Assembly: GCA_964016885.1 (NCBI GenBank)
Contig: OZ024752.1
Span: 32,240,001 to 32,304,000, forward strand
DNA: 64,000 bases
Reading direction: 5' to 3'
From: Eledone cirrhosa
Taxonomy: Eukaryota
Shown: one piece after another, positions 38,686 through 54,152 of the stretch
Numbering within the stretch: position 1 is the stretch's first letter
Layout: each line of letters begins with the position of its first letter
Position numbers and translations under genes: made by a program
The notes under the pieces: model-generated
The model's database searches: none
Seen by the model: the letters and a program-made list of their open reading frames with translations, nothing else
What the model was told of the DNA's origin: nothing

Positions 38686-39990
38686 ATTAGGTAAAGCCTT
38701 TACCATGAAAATACAATAGTAAATATAGAATAATGTAAATGCTAAAGCGTTAATGCCCTGATACCACAATAAGCTGTTTTTACATGCACCATATAACAAC
38801 TGAAGTGGAAACTATCAAATTAAACAGAGTCCACCTTGTTTTGGTGTTCTCAGTTTAGTTATTTGTGAATTTGACTCCTGGACCGGGCGATATGTTATGT
38901 CCTTGTCATTGAGCAAGATATTTTATTTCATGTTCCTCTTTCTGCCAGGAGTTGTGACCTATAGCTAGTATCACCAATGGAAACATTGTTCCCTTGGTTC
39001 AATTTGACAAGTTCCTCTGCATTTGGTGAGTATATTAGGTCGGGAATCTTGCCGATTGATCGAGCGATTGACAATAAAATAATTGTTTCTACTTTGGGCG
39101 CACAAGGCCAGCAATTATCCCAGTGCATTACTGGTACTTTATTTTATCGACCCCGTAAGTATGAAAGGCAGAGTTAACCTCGGCTGGATTTGAACTCAGA
39201 CCGTAAAGGGACGTAACTCTATGCTGGAAAGCCTAGTGTCCGACCGTCTACCGATACTGCCAATCCATCGACAAGATGATAATGATGAAATGTTGTTGTG
39301 ATCAGTCAATGGTTTATTTTAAAAATTTTATCTGAAAAATCACACAAGTTTGTTAAATTGCTTTTACTTATCTTCAAAATATTCATTATGATTATAAATT
39401 GTAGTTAGAATCTCTTGCTGCACACTATGGATTTTAAGTACAAGACTCTCATGGATAGAACGCTAGTCCACTGCAGGGTTAAACTCCCAGCTGTTGCTGC
39501 TGGTACTCATTTTCAGTTGAGTATACTGGAGCAAAGTGAAGTGAGGTGTTTTGCTCAAGACAATTCTATCTGATATTCCAATGATTCTGACTACTTGCAA
39601 CATTACCTAGAGGTTGTTTTTTTTGTTTGTTGTTATTTTAAATAATTCAATGAATTTAAAATAAAATACTAATTCTACATTATACTAAATTTTATTTTAT
39701 ACTTATATAATATTCTATAGTATATCATCTATTACATATAACAAACCCATACTGTATATATATTATAGATATATATAATTGTTTCTACTTTTGGCACAAG
39801 GCCAGCAATAACCCAGTGCATTACTGGTACTTTATTTTATCGACCTCCGTAAGGATGAAAGGCAAAGTCAACCTCGGCGGGATTTGAACTCAGATCGTAA
39901 AGGGACGTAACTATGCTGGAAAGCATGGCGTCCGACCCTCTACCGATACTACCAATCCACCGCCCCCATTATATATATATATATATATAA

Positions 39991-40028
<38 letters not shown>

Positions 40029-40429
40029 GTGTGTGTGTATCATCATCATCATCATCATCATCAACGTTTAACGTCCGTGTTCCACGCTTGCATGGGTTTG
40101 GACGGGGGTTTTCCCACTTGAGGCAAGAGTGATTGTCTTGCTCGCATAGGACTGTCTGGCAGGTTTTCTACAGCTGGATGCCCTTCCTAACACCAACCAC
40201 ATTTACAGTGTGGGTCTGGGAGGTTTTTTCCGTGTTGCCTACACGGCCACATTACAGCGTGGACTGTGTTTTTTTTTGTTGTCACACCTACACGATCTCA
40301 TTTGTTTCGGCCTGGATGGTGTGACACCAACATAACTTTACATAGAAGGGGGTGGTGTGGATGGGGTGGGGGTGGTGGGACGCGGGGTGTATTTTGTTAG
40401 AGATGCCTACTGACTGTAGTAGGTTTTAC

Positions 40430-40461
<32 letters not shown>

Positions 40462-43309
40462 ATGTGTGTGTGTGTGTATATATATATAGTTTTACTACTG
40501 TGGTTTAAATCGTGCTGGCTCTTTATTTATCAAAATATGTGAAAACTGCAGGCATGACACTACAAAACTAATCTAATTAATAAATAGTGATCATGTTTCT
40601 TCTAGAAACTAAAACTACCATAACATATAATATCAAGGTGTGATATAATGATAATAATAATAATAATAAAGCTACCATGACATTTAATATGGAGGTGTGA
40701 TATAATAATAATAATAATGATTTCTTTATTTCTTTATTTCTTTATTTATTATTTTTTTTATTAATTATTTATTTATTATTTATTTTAATAATTGTTTCCA
40801 CTTTTGGCACAAGGCCAGCAAATTACCCATTACATTACTGGTACTTTATTTTATCGAACCCCCCGTAAGGATTAAAGGCAAAGTTAACCTCGGCGGGATT
40901 TGAACTCAGACCATAAAGGGACGTAACTATGCTGGAAAGCATGGCGTCCGACCCTCTACCGATACTGCCAAGTAGTAAAACTACCATAACATTTCATAGA
41001 GTGGTGTGATATCACCATTTGACGTCCATTTTCCTTTTGTGTGTGTGTGTGTGTGCGTGTGTGTTGAACAATGATTTAATATGGTGATGTGATAAATTAA
41101 TAGCAATAATTGTTTCTACTTTTGGCACAAGGCCAGCAATTATCCCAGTACATTACTGGTACTTTATTTTATCGACCTCCGTAAGGATGAAAGGCAAAGT
41201 TAACCTCGGTGGGATTTGAACTCAGACCATAAAGGGCTGTAACTCTTTGCTGGAAAGCATGGCGTCCGATCCTCTACCGATACTGCCAAATAATGGTTTC
41301 TTATATAGGCACAAGGCCAGCAATTTTGGGGGAGGGGAAAGTCGATTAAATCGCCCCCAGTGCATTACTAGTACTTTATTTTATCGACCCCCGTAAGGAT
41401 GAAAGGCAAAGTTAACCTCGGCAGGATTTGAACTCTGAATGTAAAAGGCCGGAACTCTATGCTGCGAAGCATGTTCTGAAACTCTACCAATTTTGCAGCA
41501 TAATAGTAATAATAATAATTGTTTCTACTTTTGACACAAGGCCAGCAAGTACCCAGTGCATTACTGGTACTTTATTTTATCGACCCTGTAAGGATGAAAG
41601 GCAAAGTTAACCTCAGCGGGATTTGAACTCAGATCATAAAGGGCCATAAATCTATGCGTCAAAGCATGACATCTGACCCTCTACCGATACTGCCAATCCA
41701 CCGCCATAACATTTAGTAGGTTGGTATGATATATTAATAATAACAAAAATATATATATAAGTGTGTGTGTATTGAACAATGAAAGTAAGACAAAATTTGA
41801 AGATACGTCCTTAATTAGTTCATTATTTTACAATCGTTTCAGAGGGTTTATTGATCGTGATAAATTAGATCGAAAGATCATGGTAGATTAGATTGACTAG
41901 CAGATGATCAATGTATCGATCTACCATCATCAATCAACCCTCTGAAACGATTGTAAAATAATTGTTTCTACTTTAGGCACAAGGCCAGCAATTACCCAGT
42001 GCATTACTGGTACTTTATTTTATCGACTCCGTAAGGATGAAAGGCAAAGTCAACCTCGGCGGGATTTGAACTCAGATCGTAAAGGGACGTAACTATGCTG
42101 GAAAGCATGGCGTCCAACCCTCTACCGATACTGCCAATCCACCACCCTTGTACGATTGTAAAATAATGAATTAAGAACCAATCTTCAGCATGTGTTTTTT
42201 CATTTTTCAATAAATACACACACACATTTATAAATGACTCTGTAGCTTGAACAGAATCTTTGAGGGAACCTTATGCGATGAGTCTACTATAAAGACTATA
42301 GCTCTCACTGCCTAATCTCATAACCATCTCTTGAAGGCTCTATTGAGTTTAACAATGTTATCGACCCCACCAGAAACAGATGGATACCAGTAATAATAAA
42401 ACTATCATTCCATTTTATATGGAGGTGTTCTTCGTTTCTTTGTCCACTTATTTCTGAGAGGGTCATGGGGGCAGAGTCTTCAAACACTACCTCCAACAGG
42501 TCCTGTCAGAAGCAATTGTCTCCAATTGATTCGGCTGGAATCCCAAGCGTTACCAACCAAGCTCATCGCTGTTATTAAACCATCTTGCTCGGAATTTACC
42601 CCTGGGTCTCCTACCTGTTGGTTTCGCCCGTAAATTCTGAGTGATACTTTCCTGAGACATTCTAACCACATGCCCATAGCATCTATTTGGAGTGACTCTG
42701 ATCTCTGAGCTACACACTCTACCAAATAATTGTTTCTACTTTAGGCACAAGGCCAGCAATTACCCAGTGCATTACTGGTACTTTATTTTATCGACCCCCG
42801 TAAGGATGAAAGGCAAAGTTAACCTCGGCGGGATTTGAACTCAGAATGGCAAGGGCCGTAACTCAATGCGCCAAAGCATAGCGTCCGACCCTCTACCGAT
42901 ACTGCCAATCCACCGCCCTATATATTAATAATAATAACAATAATTACTTGATATATTAATAATAATAACAATAATTACTACAAATCATAACTACAAAATA
43001 TGACTAACTGTGACTGCAGGAGAGTGATGATAGAAAATATTACATGTGATTGATGCTTAAGTGACATCTATACATTCATGTGAATGATGGCAAAGCCACC
43101 ACATGTGGTGAGAAGATTTATTCCATGCTTGTAGATTTAATAAAAACTTACTGTAGATATTTGGTAATTCACTTTTTTTTTTTGCTTTTAAATTTAAAAT
43201 ATTCATCTTATTTCACTGAATCCAAGTTTTATGTCACGTAACCAACACTGTTATAAGAAAAAGGTAATCATATATGTTGTGGTGGTCCCCTGTATAACAA
43301 CCTTTGTTG

Positions 43310-44005
43310 TGTATCTTAAATGGCTTCGCAGATATTGCTACATATCTTAAATAATTTCACAGAACTTACTACATGTCTTAACAAATAGCTTCACAGATCT
43401 TGCTACATATCTTAAATAGCTTCACAGATCTTGCTACATATCTTAAATAGCTTCAAGGATCTTGCTACATATCTTAAATAACTTCACAAGATCTTGCTAC
43501 ATATCTTAAATAGCTTCAAGGATCTTGCTACATATCTTAAATAACTTCACAAGATCTTGCTACAAATCTTAAATAGCTTCAGATCTTGCTACATATCTTA
43601 AATAGCTTCACAGATCTTGCTACATACCTTAAATAGCTTCACAGATCTTGCTACATACCTTAAATAGCTTCACAGAACTTACTACATGTCTTAACAAATA
43701 ATTTCACAGATCTTGCTACATATCTTAAATAACTTCACAGATCTTGCTACATATCTTAAATAACTCACAGATCTTGCTACATACCTTAAATAACTTCACA
43801 GAACTTACTACATGTCTTAACAAATAACTTCACAGATCTTGCTCATGTACTCCACATCCATCAACACTTTGTTGTATATCCTTACAGAACTTACTACAGA
43901 TCTTAACCAATTACCTCACAGAACTTACTACAGATCTTAACCAATTACCTCACAGAACTTACTACGTATCTTAACCAATTACCTTACAGAACTTACTACA
44001 TATCT
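43310..44005. repeat. 31-34-bp degenerate minisatellite directly downstream of a splice donor
   Basis: Units cacagatcttgctacatatcttaaatagctt and cacagaacttactacagatcttaaccaattacct. Confidence 0.9.
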
Positions 44006-44030
44006 CAATAAATATCCTCATACAACTTAC

Positions 44031-44153
44031 TCATGTGTTCCACATCCATCCACACTTTGTAGCCAGCCGATTCCAGTTTTTCTTTGATCTTCAGCATTAT
44101 TGGTTGGACATCCCATTGGTAACTAATCATAATGTGAGGAATTGACAAGTTGT
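44031..44153 (-). CDS. ARM-TIR-SAM gene exon (123 bp): TIR domain start, DNLSIPHIMISYQWDVQPIMLKIKEKLESAGYKVWMDVEHM
   Basis: Acceptor tttctttttag and donor ATGA|gtaagt. HIMISY...L...GYKVWMD is the betaA-alphaA-betaB pattern of TIR_2 domains. Confidence 0.92.
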
Positions 44154-44384
44154 CTAAAAAGAAACAAATATACAGAAAAGTCAAAACACTCTTATACAAA
44201 TATTATATTGATCTATTAATTTCAAACTAAAGTTTATTTGGTATATGTAAAGACTTAGACCTAGAAGTTCCGTCTTGAGACGCAGGAGGCAGCCAAAGTT
44301 GCTCCAATGAACAAGGTCAGTTGCATCTATCAAGACATCATTAAAACTTTTTTTTTTGTTGATGGGATTTTCTACCACCAGTTC

Positions 44385-44835
44385 ATAATAAATAATAATA
44401 ATAATGAAATTATTGTGTAAAGTGCTCAGGTGCACTACAACTCGTCAAAGGTGTATGTATAGTACATAGAATAAAATACAAATGTCAGGGAAGTGAATAG
44501 TGTATGAGTCATGATATACATGTATGTATGTGTATGGAGGGGGAACATTCGGTGTAGTGTTGGCGAATCTCGGGAAGCATGGAGGTTTTAAAGGATGCAG
44601 TGTCTCGACAGCTAACAACTGATGCAGGTAGTTTGTTCCATGCTTCAGCAACTCTGAGCATGAAAAAATGTTTCCGAAAGTCATGGGAACTGTGCTATTT
44701 TCTGACATTCTGGGCATGCCCACATGTGTTAGACACATGGAAATCAAAAAGGTACTCAGGGTTGTTGTTGACTTTGGCAGGATTTGATTGCAAGGTGTGA
44801 AGGGCTGGAACAAACACTACATTTTGTCCAACACC
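44385..44835 (-). mobile_element. 3' end of a CR1-clade LINE; shorter remnant at about 57870-58006
   Basis: Minus frame reads NTCGHA..RKHFFMLRVAEAWNKLPASVVSCRDTASFK, the CR1 C-terminal motif, followed by an (ATT)n tail. Confidence 0.8.
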
Positions 44836-44842
44836 GTAATGA

Positions 44843-44950
44843 TTCTAACACTGCAACAACTTCATCAAGGAAGGATCTGTATTCAGACTCCTTATTTGGT
44901 GCATAAACTTTCACCACCCACAGAAACATACCTTTCAGCCTAAGCTTCAA
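44843..44950 (-). mobile_element. Small LINE endonuclease fragment, same family as 1235-2050
   Basis: VVKVYAPNKESEYRSFLDEVVAVLES versus VVQVYAPNKESEYRPFLDEVTAVLDV. Confidence 0.75.
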
Positions 44951-47900
44951 GAGGCAAATCTTCAGAAGAAGAAAGAAACTCTAATGATTCTGCAACTGTT
45001 TAACACTACATGAAATGCAATTTATGTGTTTTATTGGACTCACTAATATAAACTATCCATTGTAACTATTTAGATCTAGGGTAAATGATCTAAGCTAATC
45101 TACTAAACATTAACCATGGACACAGTGCTCTACTGTTGTCAGAATCAGTATCTAAACTGTCATCTCTTTAGTTGGTAATATGGCACTAACGAAACCAATT
45201 AGTAAAGGTTAATGTTGAGTTTGAATGTATGAAAAAATTATATTTAAATTTTTGCTACTCATTAAAATACATTCAACTCTGCCATCACAGCAGAAAGTGC
45301 TCTTATTGCCTATACACAGTTATCCACTTGCCAGGCTATATATAACATCATCAACATCATATATATATATGAAAGCATGTGGTTGAGTGGTTAGTGAATT
45401 GGATTCGCAATCGTGAGGTTGTGATTTCAATTTGCAGACTGGGCAATGCGTTATATCCTTGAGCAAGACACTTTATTACAGGTTGTTCCTTCTGCTTGGA
45501 GTTGTGACCGACAGATAGTATTAGCAATTGGAAAGACCAAGGGAAACTGTTTCTTTGGTCCGATTTGATGAGCACCACCCCACTCGTTAAGCGAATGAGA
45601 TCTTATAAGCTATTTTATAGCAAAGGAAGTATGTTTGGAATACTATAGCGAGCAACGTTTGGAATTGAAATGGAAGCTTTGCTGTAACATTTTGACTAAA
45701 CAATGTAGTCTAATAATGGGACGTTATTTAGTCAAAATGTAATGGTGACGCTTCTATTTCTATTTGAATTCCATTTTATAGTATTTCTGTGCATGAGTGC
45801 ACCACTCTTTACATATATGTATATCATCATTCATCATACGTCCGCTTTTTCCCTGCTTGCAAGGGTGGGACGGGAACTGATTTTGGCTTGATTTCTACAG
45901 CTGGATGCCCTTCCTAACACCAACCTCGTTTACAGTGAGTGCTGGGTGCTTTTTTGCCATGGCGCCTACACGTCCACTTTGCAGTGGAATATGGACCCTA
46001 GTCCTATCATCTCATTTCTACAGCTGAGTAAACTGGAGCAATGTGAAAAATAAAGTGTCTTGCTCAAGGACACAACACATCACCCGGTCTGAGAATTGAA
46101 CTCACAACCTTTTGATTGTAAGGCCAATGCTCTAACCACTAAGCCATGTGCCTTGTATATATATATATGTATATGATGAAGGCTTGTGGCTGAGTGGTTA
46201 GAGAATTGGATTCACAGTCTTGAGGTTGTGAGTTCGATTCCTGGACTGGATGATGCATTATGTCCTTGAGCAAGACACTTTATTTCACGTCGCTCCTTTT
46301 ATCTGGAGTTGCGACTGATAGATAGTATTAGCAACTGGAAAGACCGATGAAAACATTGTTTCCTCTGTCCAATTTAACAAAAGTCGATCGATCCTTATAT
46401 ATATATATATATAAATATTATTTCTGGCAATATTATAACAATATGACGCTCCCCAAATATAACAATAAACTCTGTACTGTCACCAAAAAAATATGGAACT
46501 AACCGGTAAAGAACTAAGACTGTTAATGTTGGATTGTGTGAGATGGAAAGGTTTTATCATGTTGCCACAAAGAAGTGGATGAATTTAGTAGTGGTAGTGG
46601 TGGTAATAATTGTTTCTACTGTTTGGCACAAGGCCAGCAAATACCCAGTGCATTACTGGTACTTTATTTGAGTGCCCCCATAAGGATGAAAGGCAAAATT
46701 AACCTCGGCAGGATTTGAACTCGGATCATAAAGGGCTGTAACTCTATGCTACAAAGCATGGTGTCTGACTCTTTACCAATACTGCCAATCTACTGCCCTT
46801 GTAGTGGTAATAATAACTTAGTGGTTAACTGCATATTGAGTGATCTTACAGTGGCTACTTTGTTAGCTTGTTTGTATTTTGTTTATAGAGATGGATTGCT
46901 AAACGATATCACACACACACACACTTTCTCTTCCACCTCACTCGGCTTTGGTGAAAAGTTTGGTGATACAACTGGAGTTATGCCAATGCTAAGATCATAT
47001 AAGTATAGACAGCTAGAGATATGGTTCAATACATTTTGGATCTTGCCAACAAATCCTGTAAAATACTTGTTTGATAGAAACTGTGAGAAAGTCATCAGTG
47101 GGATTGTTCCTATTCTTGGTTGATGGATTTATGCTATTGCCTTATTTCCAAACCAAGCTCTGTAAACCTCCTTCTTTGCTTGGATGGCACCTTTAACCCT
47201 TTAGTATTTAAACCGGCCGTGTTCAGCCAAAATTCTCTCACCTCTTCCCGTTCAAACTGGCTGTAACCAGTCATACTGATGTTAAGGTCAAAATAAATAT
47301 CAAAATCTCATAGCTTTGATATTATGTGAGATAATTATAACGAGGTGGTGAGAGCTGACCTCAGATCGCTGAAGCTCATGGCGGAGATAACAAAGGACCG
47401 TGATGTATGGAGAGATGCTGTGCTGAATAGGACACGTCCCACCCTTGCAAGCAAGGAAAAGAGGACATAAAATGATGATGATGATGATGATGAATTATGT
47501 GAGGTAAAGCTTTTATCGTGAAAATATAAGAGTAAATATTGAGTAATGTAAATGCTAAAAGGTTAAGTCCCATTAGGGCAGCCAACTCTATTGCAAGCGT
47601 TTGGGGCCAGGTCTCGGTTCTGAATATAACTTTCTACCATCATAATTAGTTGTGTTTTAGCCCCAGGTCTGAGTTCAAATCCTGCTTAGGTTAGCTTTAC
47701 CTTTCATCCTTACTAGGTCGATATAAAAAAAAATGGCCTTGTGCCTAAACTAGAGATAGTGGATTGAGGGGTGATACCAAATACTGCATCATCTAATGCG
47801 TCCTTTTTTTTTTTTTTTTTTTTTTTTTTCTGATAGTAGAGTGTGGTTTAAAAGAAATTTTGGCTTCTACTTCTAACAGGATGAGTGGTCATGTAGAGGC

Positions 47901-48139
47901 CGGCATCTTTTTTCCTGGGTCCTGTGTTACTTTGTTTATAGTAATGACCACTGTGTGCAGCAGTTACCATGTTCTCTCATGCCTCTTTCTATCTATTTAT
48001 CTATCTTCTCACACATCAGGTACTCTCAATCAGTGACAAGCTTGGCAAGAAAACTGGAGCCATGCCAATGACAAGATCAACTTAGTAAAGACTTTACAGT
48101 TTGATTGGTATATGTGATTGGTAAATTGATTAGCATACG

Positions 48140-48445
48140 AGTGTGTCTGTGTGTGTATGTACATATATATGTACATATGTATGTATGTGTACATATACAT
48201 GGGTTTGAATATGTGTATATATGCATGTACATATGTGTATGTACATACATATATATGTGATACATGTATGGACATACACATATACATATGTATATATGTA
48301 TGTACATACACATATGTACATACACATATGTACATACACATATGTACATACATATATATGTATGTACATATGTGTATGTACATACATATATACATATGTA
48401 TATGTGTATGTCCATACATGTATCACTGAACATATGTACGTATGT
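48140..48445. repeat. Alternating purine-pyrimidine (TA/CA/TG) low-complexity tract
   Basis: Directly visible. Confidence 0.85.
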
Positions 48446-48630
48446 ATAATCAAGGGCTTGTGTTTACATATATTTCTAATTACAAAATAACTTTATGGTC
48501 AAATTGAAAAGAACCCAAGAACCCAATACTTAGAGTAGACTAAATATATAGTGAATGAGAGCGCAGACAACTTCAGACTTCATTGCCCGGAGGGGGATGG
48601 TTAGTGTATCAGCTACAAAGAGAATCATCT

Positions 48631-51600
48631 TCACCATCATCATCACTACAACTACCACCACCATCATCACTACCACTACCACCACCATCATCACTACCAC
48701 TACCACCACCATCATCACTACCACTACCACCACCATCATCACTACCACTACCACCACCATCATCACTACCACTACCACCACCATCATCACTACCACTACC
48801 ACCACCATCATCACTACCACTACCACCACCATCATCACTACCACTACCACTACCATCACTACCACTACCCCCACCATCATCACTACCACTACCACCATCA
48901 CCATCACTACCACTACCACCACCATCACCACTACCACTACCTCCACCATCATCACTACCACCACCACCATCATCATCACTACCACTACCACCACCACCAC
49001 CATCATCACTACCACTACCCCCACCATCATCACTACCACTACCTCCACCATCATCACTACCACCACCACCATCATCATCACTACCACTACCACCACCACC
49101 ATCATCACTACCACTACCCCCACCATCATCACTACCACTACCACCACCATCATCACTACCACTACCACCACCATCATCACTACCACCACCACCACCATCA
49201 TCACTACCACTACCCCCACCATCATCACTACCACTACCACCACCATCATCACTACCACTACCACCATCATCATCACTACCACTACTACTACCACCATCAT
49301 CATCACTACGACTACCACTACCACCACCATCATCATCACTACCACCACCACCACCATCATCACTACCACTACCCCCACCACCACCACTACCACTACCACC
49401 ACCATCATCACTACCACTACCACCACCACCATCACTACCACTACCCCCACCACCATCACTACCACTACCCCCACCATCATCACTACCACTACTACCACCA
49501 CCATCATCACTACCACTACCACCACCATCATCACTACCACTACCACCACCATCATCACTACCACTACCCCCACCATCATCACTACCACTACCACCACCAC
49601 CATCACTACCACTACCCCCACCACCATCACTACCACTACCCCCACCATCATCACTACCACTACCACCACCACCATCATCATCACTACCACTACCACCCCC
49701 ATCATCACTACCACTACCCCCACCATCATCACTACCACTACCACCACCATCATCATCACTACCACTACCACCACCATCATCATCACTACCACTACCACCA
49801 TCATCACTACCACTACCACCATCATCATCACTACCACTACCACCACCATCATCATCACTACCACTACCACCACCATCATCACCACCACCACCATCATCAC
49901 TACCACTACCACCACCATCATCACTACCACTACCACCACCATCATCACTACCACTACCCCACCATCATCACTACCACTACCACCACCATCATCACTACCA
50001 CTACCACCACCACCATCATCATCACTATTACTTCCACCACCATCATCACTACCACTACCCCACCATCATCACTACCACCATCACCATCACTACCACTACC
50101 ACCACCATCACCACTACCACTACCTCCACCATCATCACTACCACTACCCCCACCATCATCACTACCACCACCATCATCACTACCACTACCACCATCATCA
50201 TCATCACTAACACTACCACCACCATCATCACTACCACTACCACCACCACCATCATCATCACTATTACTTCCACCACCATCATCACTACCACCACCACCAC
50301 CATCATCACTACCACTACCACCATCACCACTACCACTACCTCCACCATCATCACTACCACTACCCCCACCATCATCACTACCACTACCCCCACCATCATC
50401 ACTACCACTACCACCATCACCACTACCACTACCTCCACCATCATCACTACCACTACCCCCACCATCATCACTACCACTACCACCATCACCACTACCACTA
50501 CCTCCACCATCATCACTACCACTACCTCCACCATCATCACTACCACTACCCCCACCATCATCACTACCACTACCACCATCACCACTACCACTACCACCAC
50601 CATCATCACTACCACTACCACCACCATCATCACTACCACCACCACTACCACTACCACCACCATCATCACTACCACCACCACTACCACTACCACCATCATC
50701 ATCACTACCACTACCACCATCATCACTACCACCACCACCACCACCATCATCACTACCACCACCATCATCACTACCACTACCATCACCATCATCACTACCA
50801 CTGCCACCATCATCATCACTACCACCACCACCACCATCATCACTACCACCACCACCACCATCATCACTACCACCACCATCATCACTACCATTACCACCAC
50901 CATCATCACTACCACTACCCCCACCATCATCACTACCACTACCACCACCACCACCACTACCCCCACCATCATCACTACCACTACCACCACCACCACCATC
51001 ACCACTACCATCATCATCATCACTACCACTACCACCATCATCATCACTACCACCACCATCATCATCACTACCACCACCACCACCATCATCATCATTACCA
51101 CCACCACCACCACCACCATCATCACTACCAACACCACCACCACCATCATCACTACCACTACCACCCCCATCATCACTACCACTACCACCACCATCACCAT
51201 CATCACTACCACTACCCCCACCATCATCACTACCACCATCATCATCACTACCACTACCACCATCATCATCACTACCACTACCACCACCATCATCATCACT
51301 ACCACTACCACCACCATCATCACTACCACCATCATCACTACCACTACCACCATCATCATCACTACCACTACCCCCACCATCATCACTACCACTACCCCCA
51401 CCATCATCACTACCACTACCCCCACCATCATCACTACCACTACCCCCACCATCATCACTACCACTACCACCACCATCATCATCACTACCACTACCACCAT
51501 CATCATCACTACCACTACCCCCACCATCATCACTACCACTACCACCACCATCATCATCACTACCACTACCACCATCATCATCACTACCACTACCACCACC

Positions 51601-52689
51601 ATCATCATCACTACCACTACCACCACCACCATCATCATCACTACCACTACCACCACCATCATCACTACCACTACCACCACCATCATCACTACCACCACCA
51701 CCACCACCACTACCACTACCACCACCATCATCACTACCACTACCATCATCACTACCACTACCCCCACCATCATCACTACCACCACCATCATCACTACCAC
51801 TACCACCACCATCATCACTACCACTACCATCATCACTACCACTACCACCACCATCATCACTACCACCATCATCACTACCACTACCACCATCATCATCACT
51901 ACCACTACCCCCACCATCATCACTACCACTACCCCCACCATCATCACTACCACTACCACCATCATCATCACTACCACTACCACCACCATTATCACTACCA
52001 CTACCACCACCACCACCACTACCACTACCCCCACCATCATCACTACCATTACCACCATCATCATCACTACCACTACCACCACCACCATCATCACTACCAC
52101 TACCACCACCACCATCATCACTACCACTACCACCACCACCATCATCACTACCACTACCACCACCACCATCATCACTACCACTACCACCCCCATCATCACT
52201 ACCACTACCCCCACCATCATCACTACCACTACCCCCACCATCATCACTACCACCACCACCACCACTACCACTACCACCACCATCATCACTACCACTACCC
52301 CCACCATCATCACTACCACTACCACCACCATCATCATCACTACCACCACCATCATCACTACCACTACCACCACCATCATCACTACCACCATCATCATCAC
52401 TACCACTACCACCACCATCATCACTACCACTACCACCATCATCATCACTACCACTACCACCATCATCATCATCACTACCACTACCACCACCATCATCACT
52501 ACCACTACCACTACCACCATCACTACCACTACCACCACCACCACCATCATCACTACCACTACCACCATCACTACCACTACCACCACCACCACCACCATCA
52601 TCACTACCACTACCACCATTACTACCACTACCACCACTACCACTACCATCATCACTACCACTACCCCCATCATCATCATCATCATCATC
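48631..52689. repeat. 4-kb compound (ACC/ATC/ACT)n trinucleotide array
   Basis: Loose higher-order unit accatcatcactaccactaccacc. It gives the poly-T/V/G/P ORFs. Confidence 0.98.
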
Positions 52690-52933
52690 GTTTTTATGCA
52701 GGGTGTCCCCAAAAAATGTATACACACTTTGATTACCTGTACAGGCAATATTTATTAGAATGCAGTTGAAGTGTGTATACATTTTTGTGGGGACTCCTGT
52801 GGGTTGATATCTCTGAAGACACAGTCTTCATACAGTGATTGAAGGAGGGTAGATAGCCTTACCAACCTGCAATTGGTCAAGTGTGGTGAGTACAGCCCCA
52901 CCCCTGATATGATGCAAACCAAAAAATAAAGGG

Positions 52934-53606
52934 GTGGAGGTCAACCAGGGAGGTATTCCTCCAACAGGATTGAGAAGGCACTGGATTGGATTGGATGGAG
53001 GTCAACCAGGGAAGGGTTCCTCCAACAGGATTGAGAAGGGATTGGATTGGATGGAGGTCAACCAGGGAAGGGTTCCTCCAACAGGATTGAGAAGGGATTG
53101 GATTGGATGGAGGTCAACCAGGGAGGGGTTCCTTCCACAGGATTGAGAAGGCCCTGGATTGGTTGGAGGTCAACTAGGGAGGGGTTCCTTCCACAGGATT
53201 GAGAAGGCCCTGGATTGGTTGGAGGTCAACTAGGGAGGGGTTTCCTCCCACATGAGTGAGAAGGACCTAGATTGGATGGAGGTCAACCAGGGAGGGGTTT
53301 CCTCCCACATGAGTGAGAAGGCCTTAGATTGGATGGAGGTCAACCAGGGAGGGGTTTCCTCTCATATGAGTGAGAAGGACCTAGATTGGATGGAGGTCAA
53401 CCAAGGAGGGGTTTCCTCCCACATGAGTGAGAAGGCCTTAGATTGGATGGAGGTCAACCAGGGAGGGGTTTCCTCCCACATGAGTGAGAAGGACCTAGAT
53501 TGGATGGAGGTCAACCAGGGAGGGGTTTCCTCCCACATGAGTGAGAAGGCCCTAGATTGGATGGAGGTCAATTAGGGAGGGGTTTCCTCCCATACGCGTG
53601 AGAAAG
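52934..53606. repeat. About 52-61-bp minisatellite related to the 27.1-kb array
   Basis: Unit gattggatggaggtcaaccagggaggggtttcctcc...gagaagg, with stepwise unit variants along the array. Confidence 0.92.
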
Positions 53607-53714
53607 CTTATATATGTTTCTGTGAAAGTAGTAAATACAAAATTATGATTTTACACACACATATATACATATATATTGATATAAAGATGCATTAAAATAG
53701 CTGCTTTACAAGTA

Positions 53715-54152
53715 TGTGTGTGTGTGTGACTGTGTGTGACTATGACTGTGTGTATGTGACTGTGTGTGACTGTGACTGTGTGTGTGTGACTGTGACTGTG
53801 TGTATGTGACTGTGTGTATGTGACTGTGTGTGACTGTGACTGTGTGTGAGTGACTGTGTGTGTGTGTATGTGACTGTGTGTGTGACTGTGTATGTGACTG
53901 TGTGTGTGTGACTGTGTGTGACTGTGACTGTGTGTGATTGACTGTGTGTGTGTGTGTGACTGTGTGTGTGACTGTGTGTGTGTGACTGTGTGTATGTGAC
54001 TGTGTGTGACTGTGTGTGACTGTGTATGTGACTGTGTGTGTGACTGTGTGTGACTGTGACTGTGTGTGTGTGACTGTGTGTGACTGTGTGTGACTGTGAC
54101 TGTGTATGTGACTGTGACTGTGTGTGTGAGTGACTGTGTGTGTGTGTGTGTG
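53715..54152. repeat. (GT)n/GTGACT compound microsatellite
   Basis: Directly visible. Confidence 0.95.

Noticed and set aside
41822-41962. Additional fold-backs (here and about 55510-55650) and GAAACGATCGTA at about 22482 as hammerheads
   Set aside because: Inverted repeats or GAAAC-palindrome motifs are present, but there is no correctly placed CUGANGA box.
46942-46988. Possible extra 47-bp linker exon (IGITPVVSPNFSPKP)
   Set aside because: It needs the weaker upstream donor at 54346. The consensus CAG|gtatgt donor at 54326 already joins in frame to the TIR exon. It cannot be excluded as a minor isoform.
48530-52782. Mucin-like poly-Thr and Gly/Asp/Ser-rich ORFs
   Set aside because: A compound microsatellite with a frame-breaking indel near 49955, lying in an intron of the minus-strand gene.
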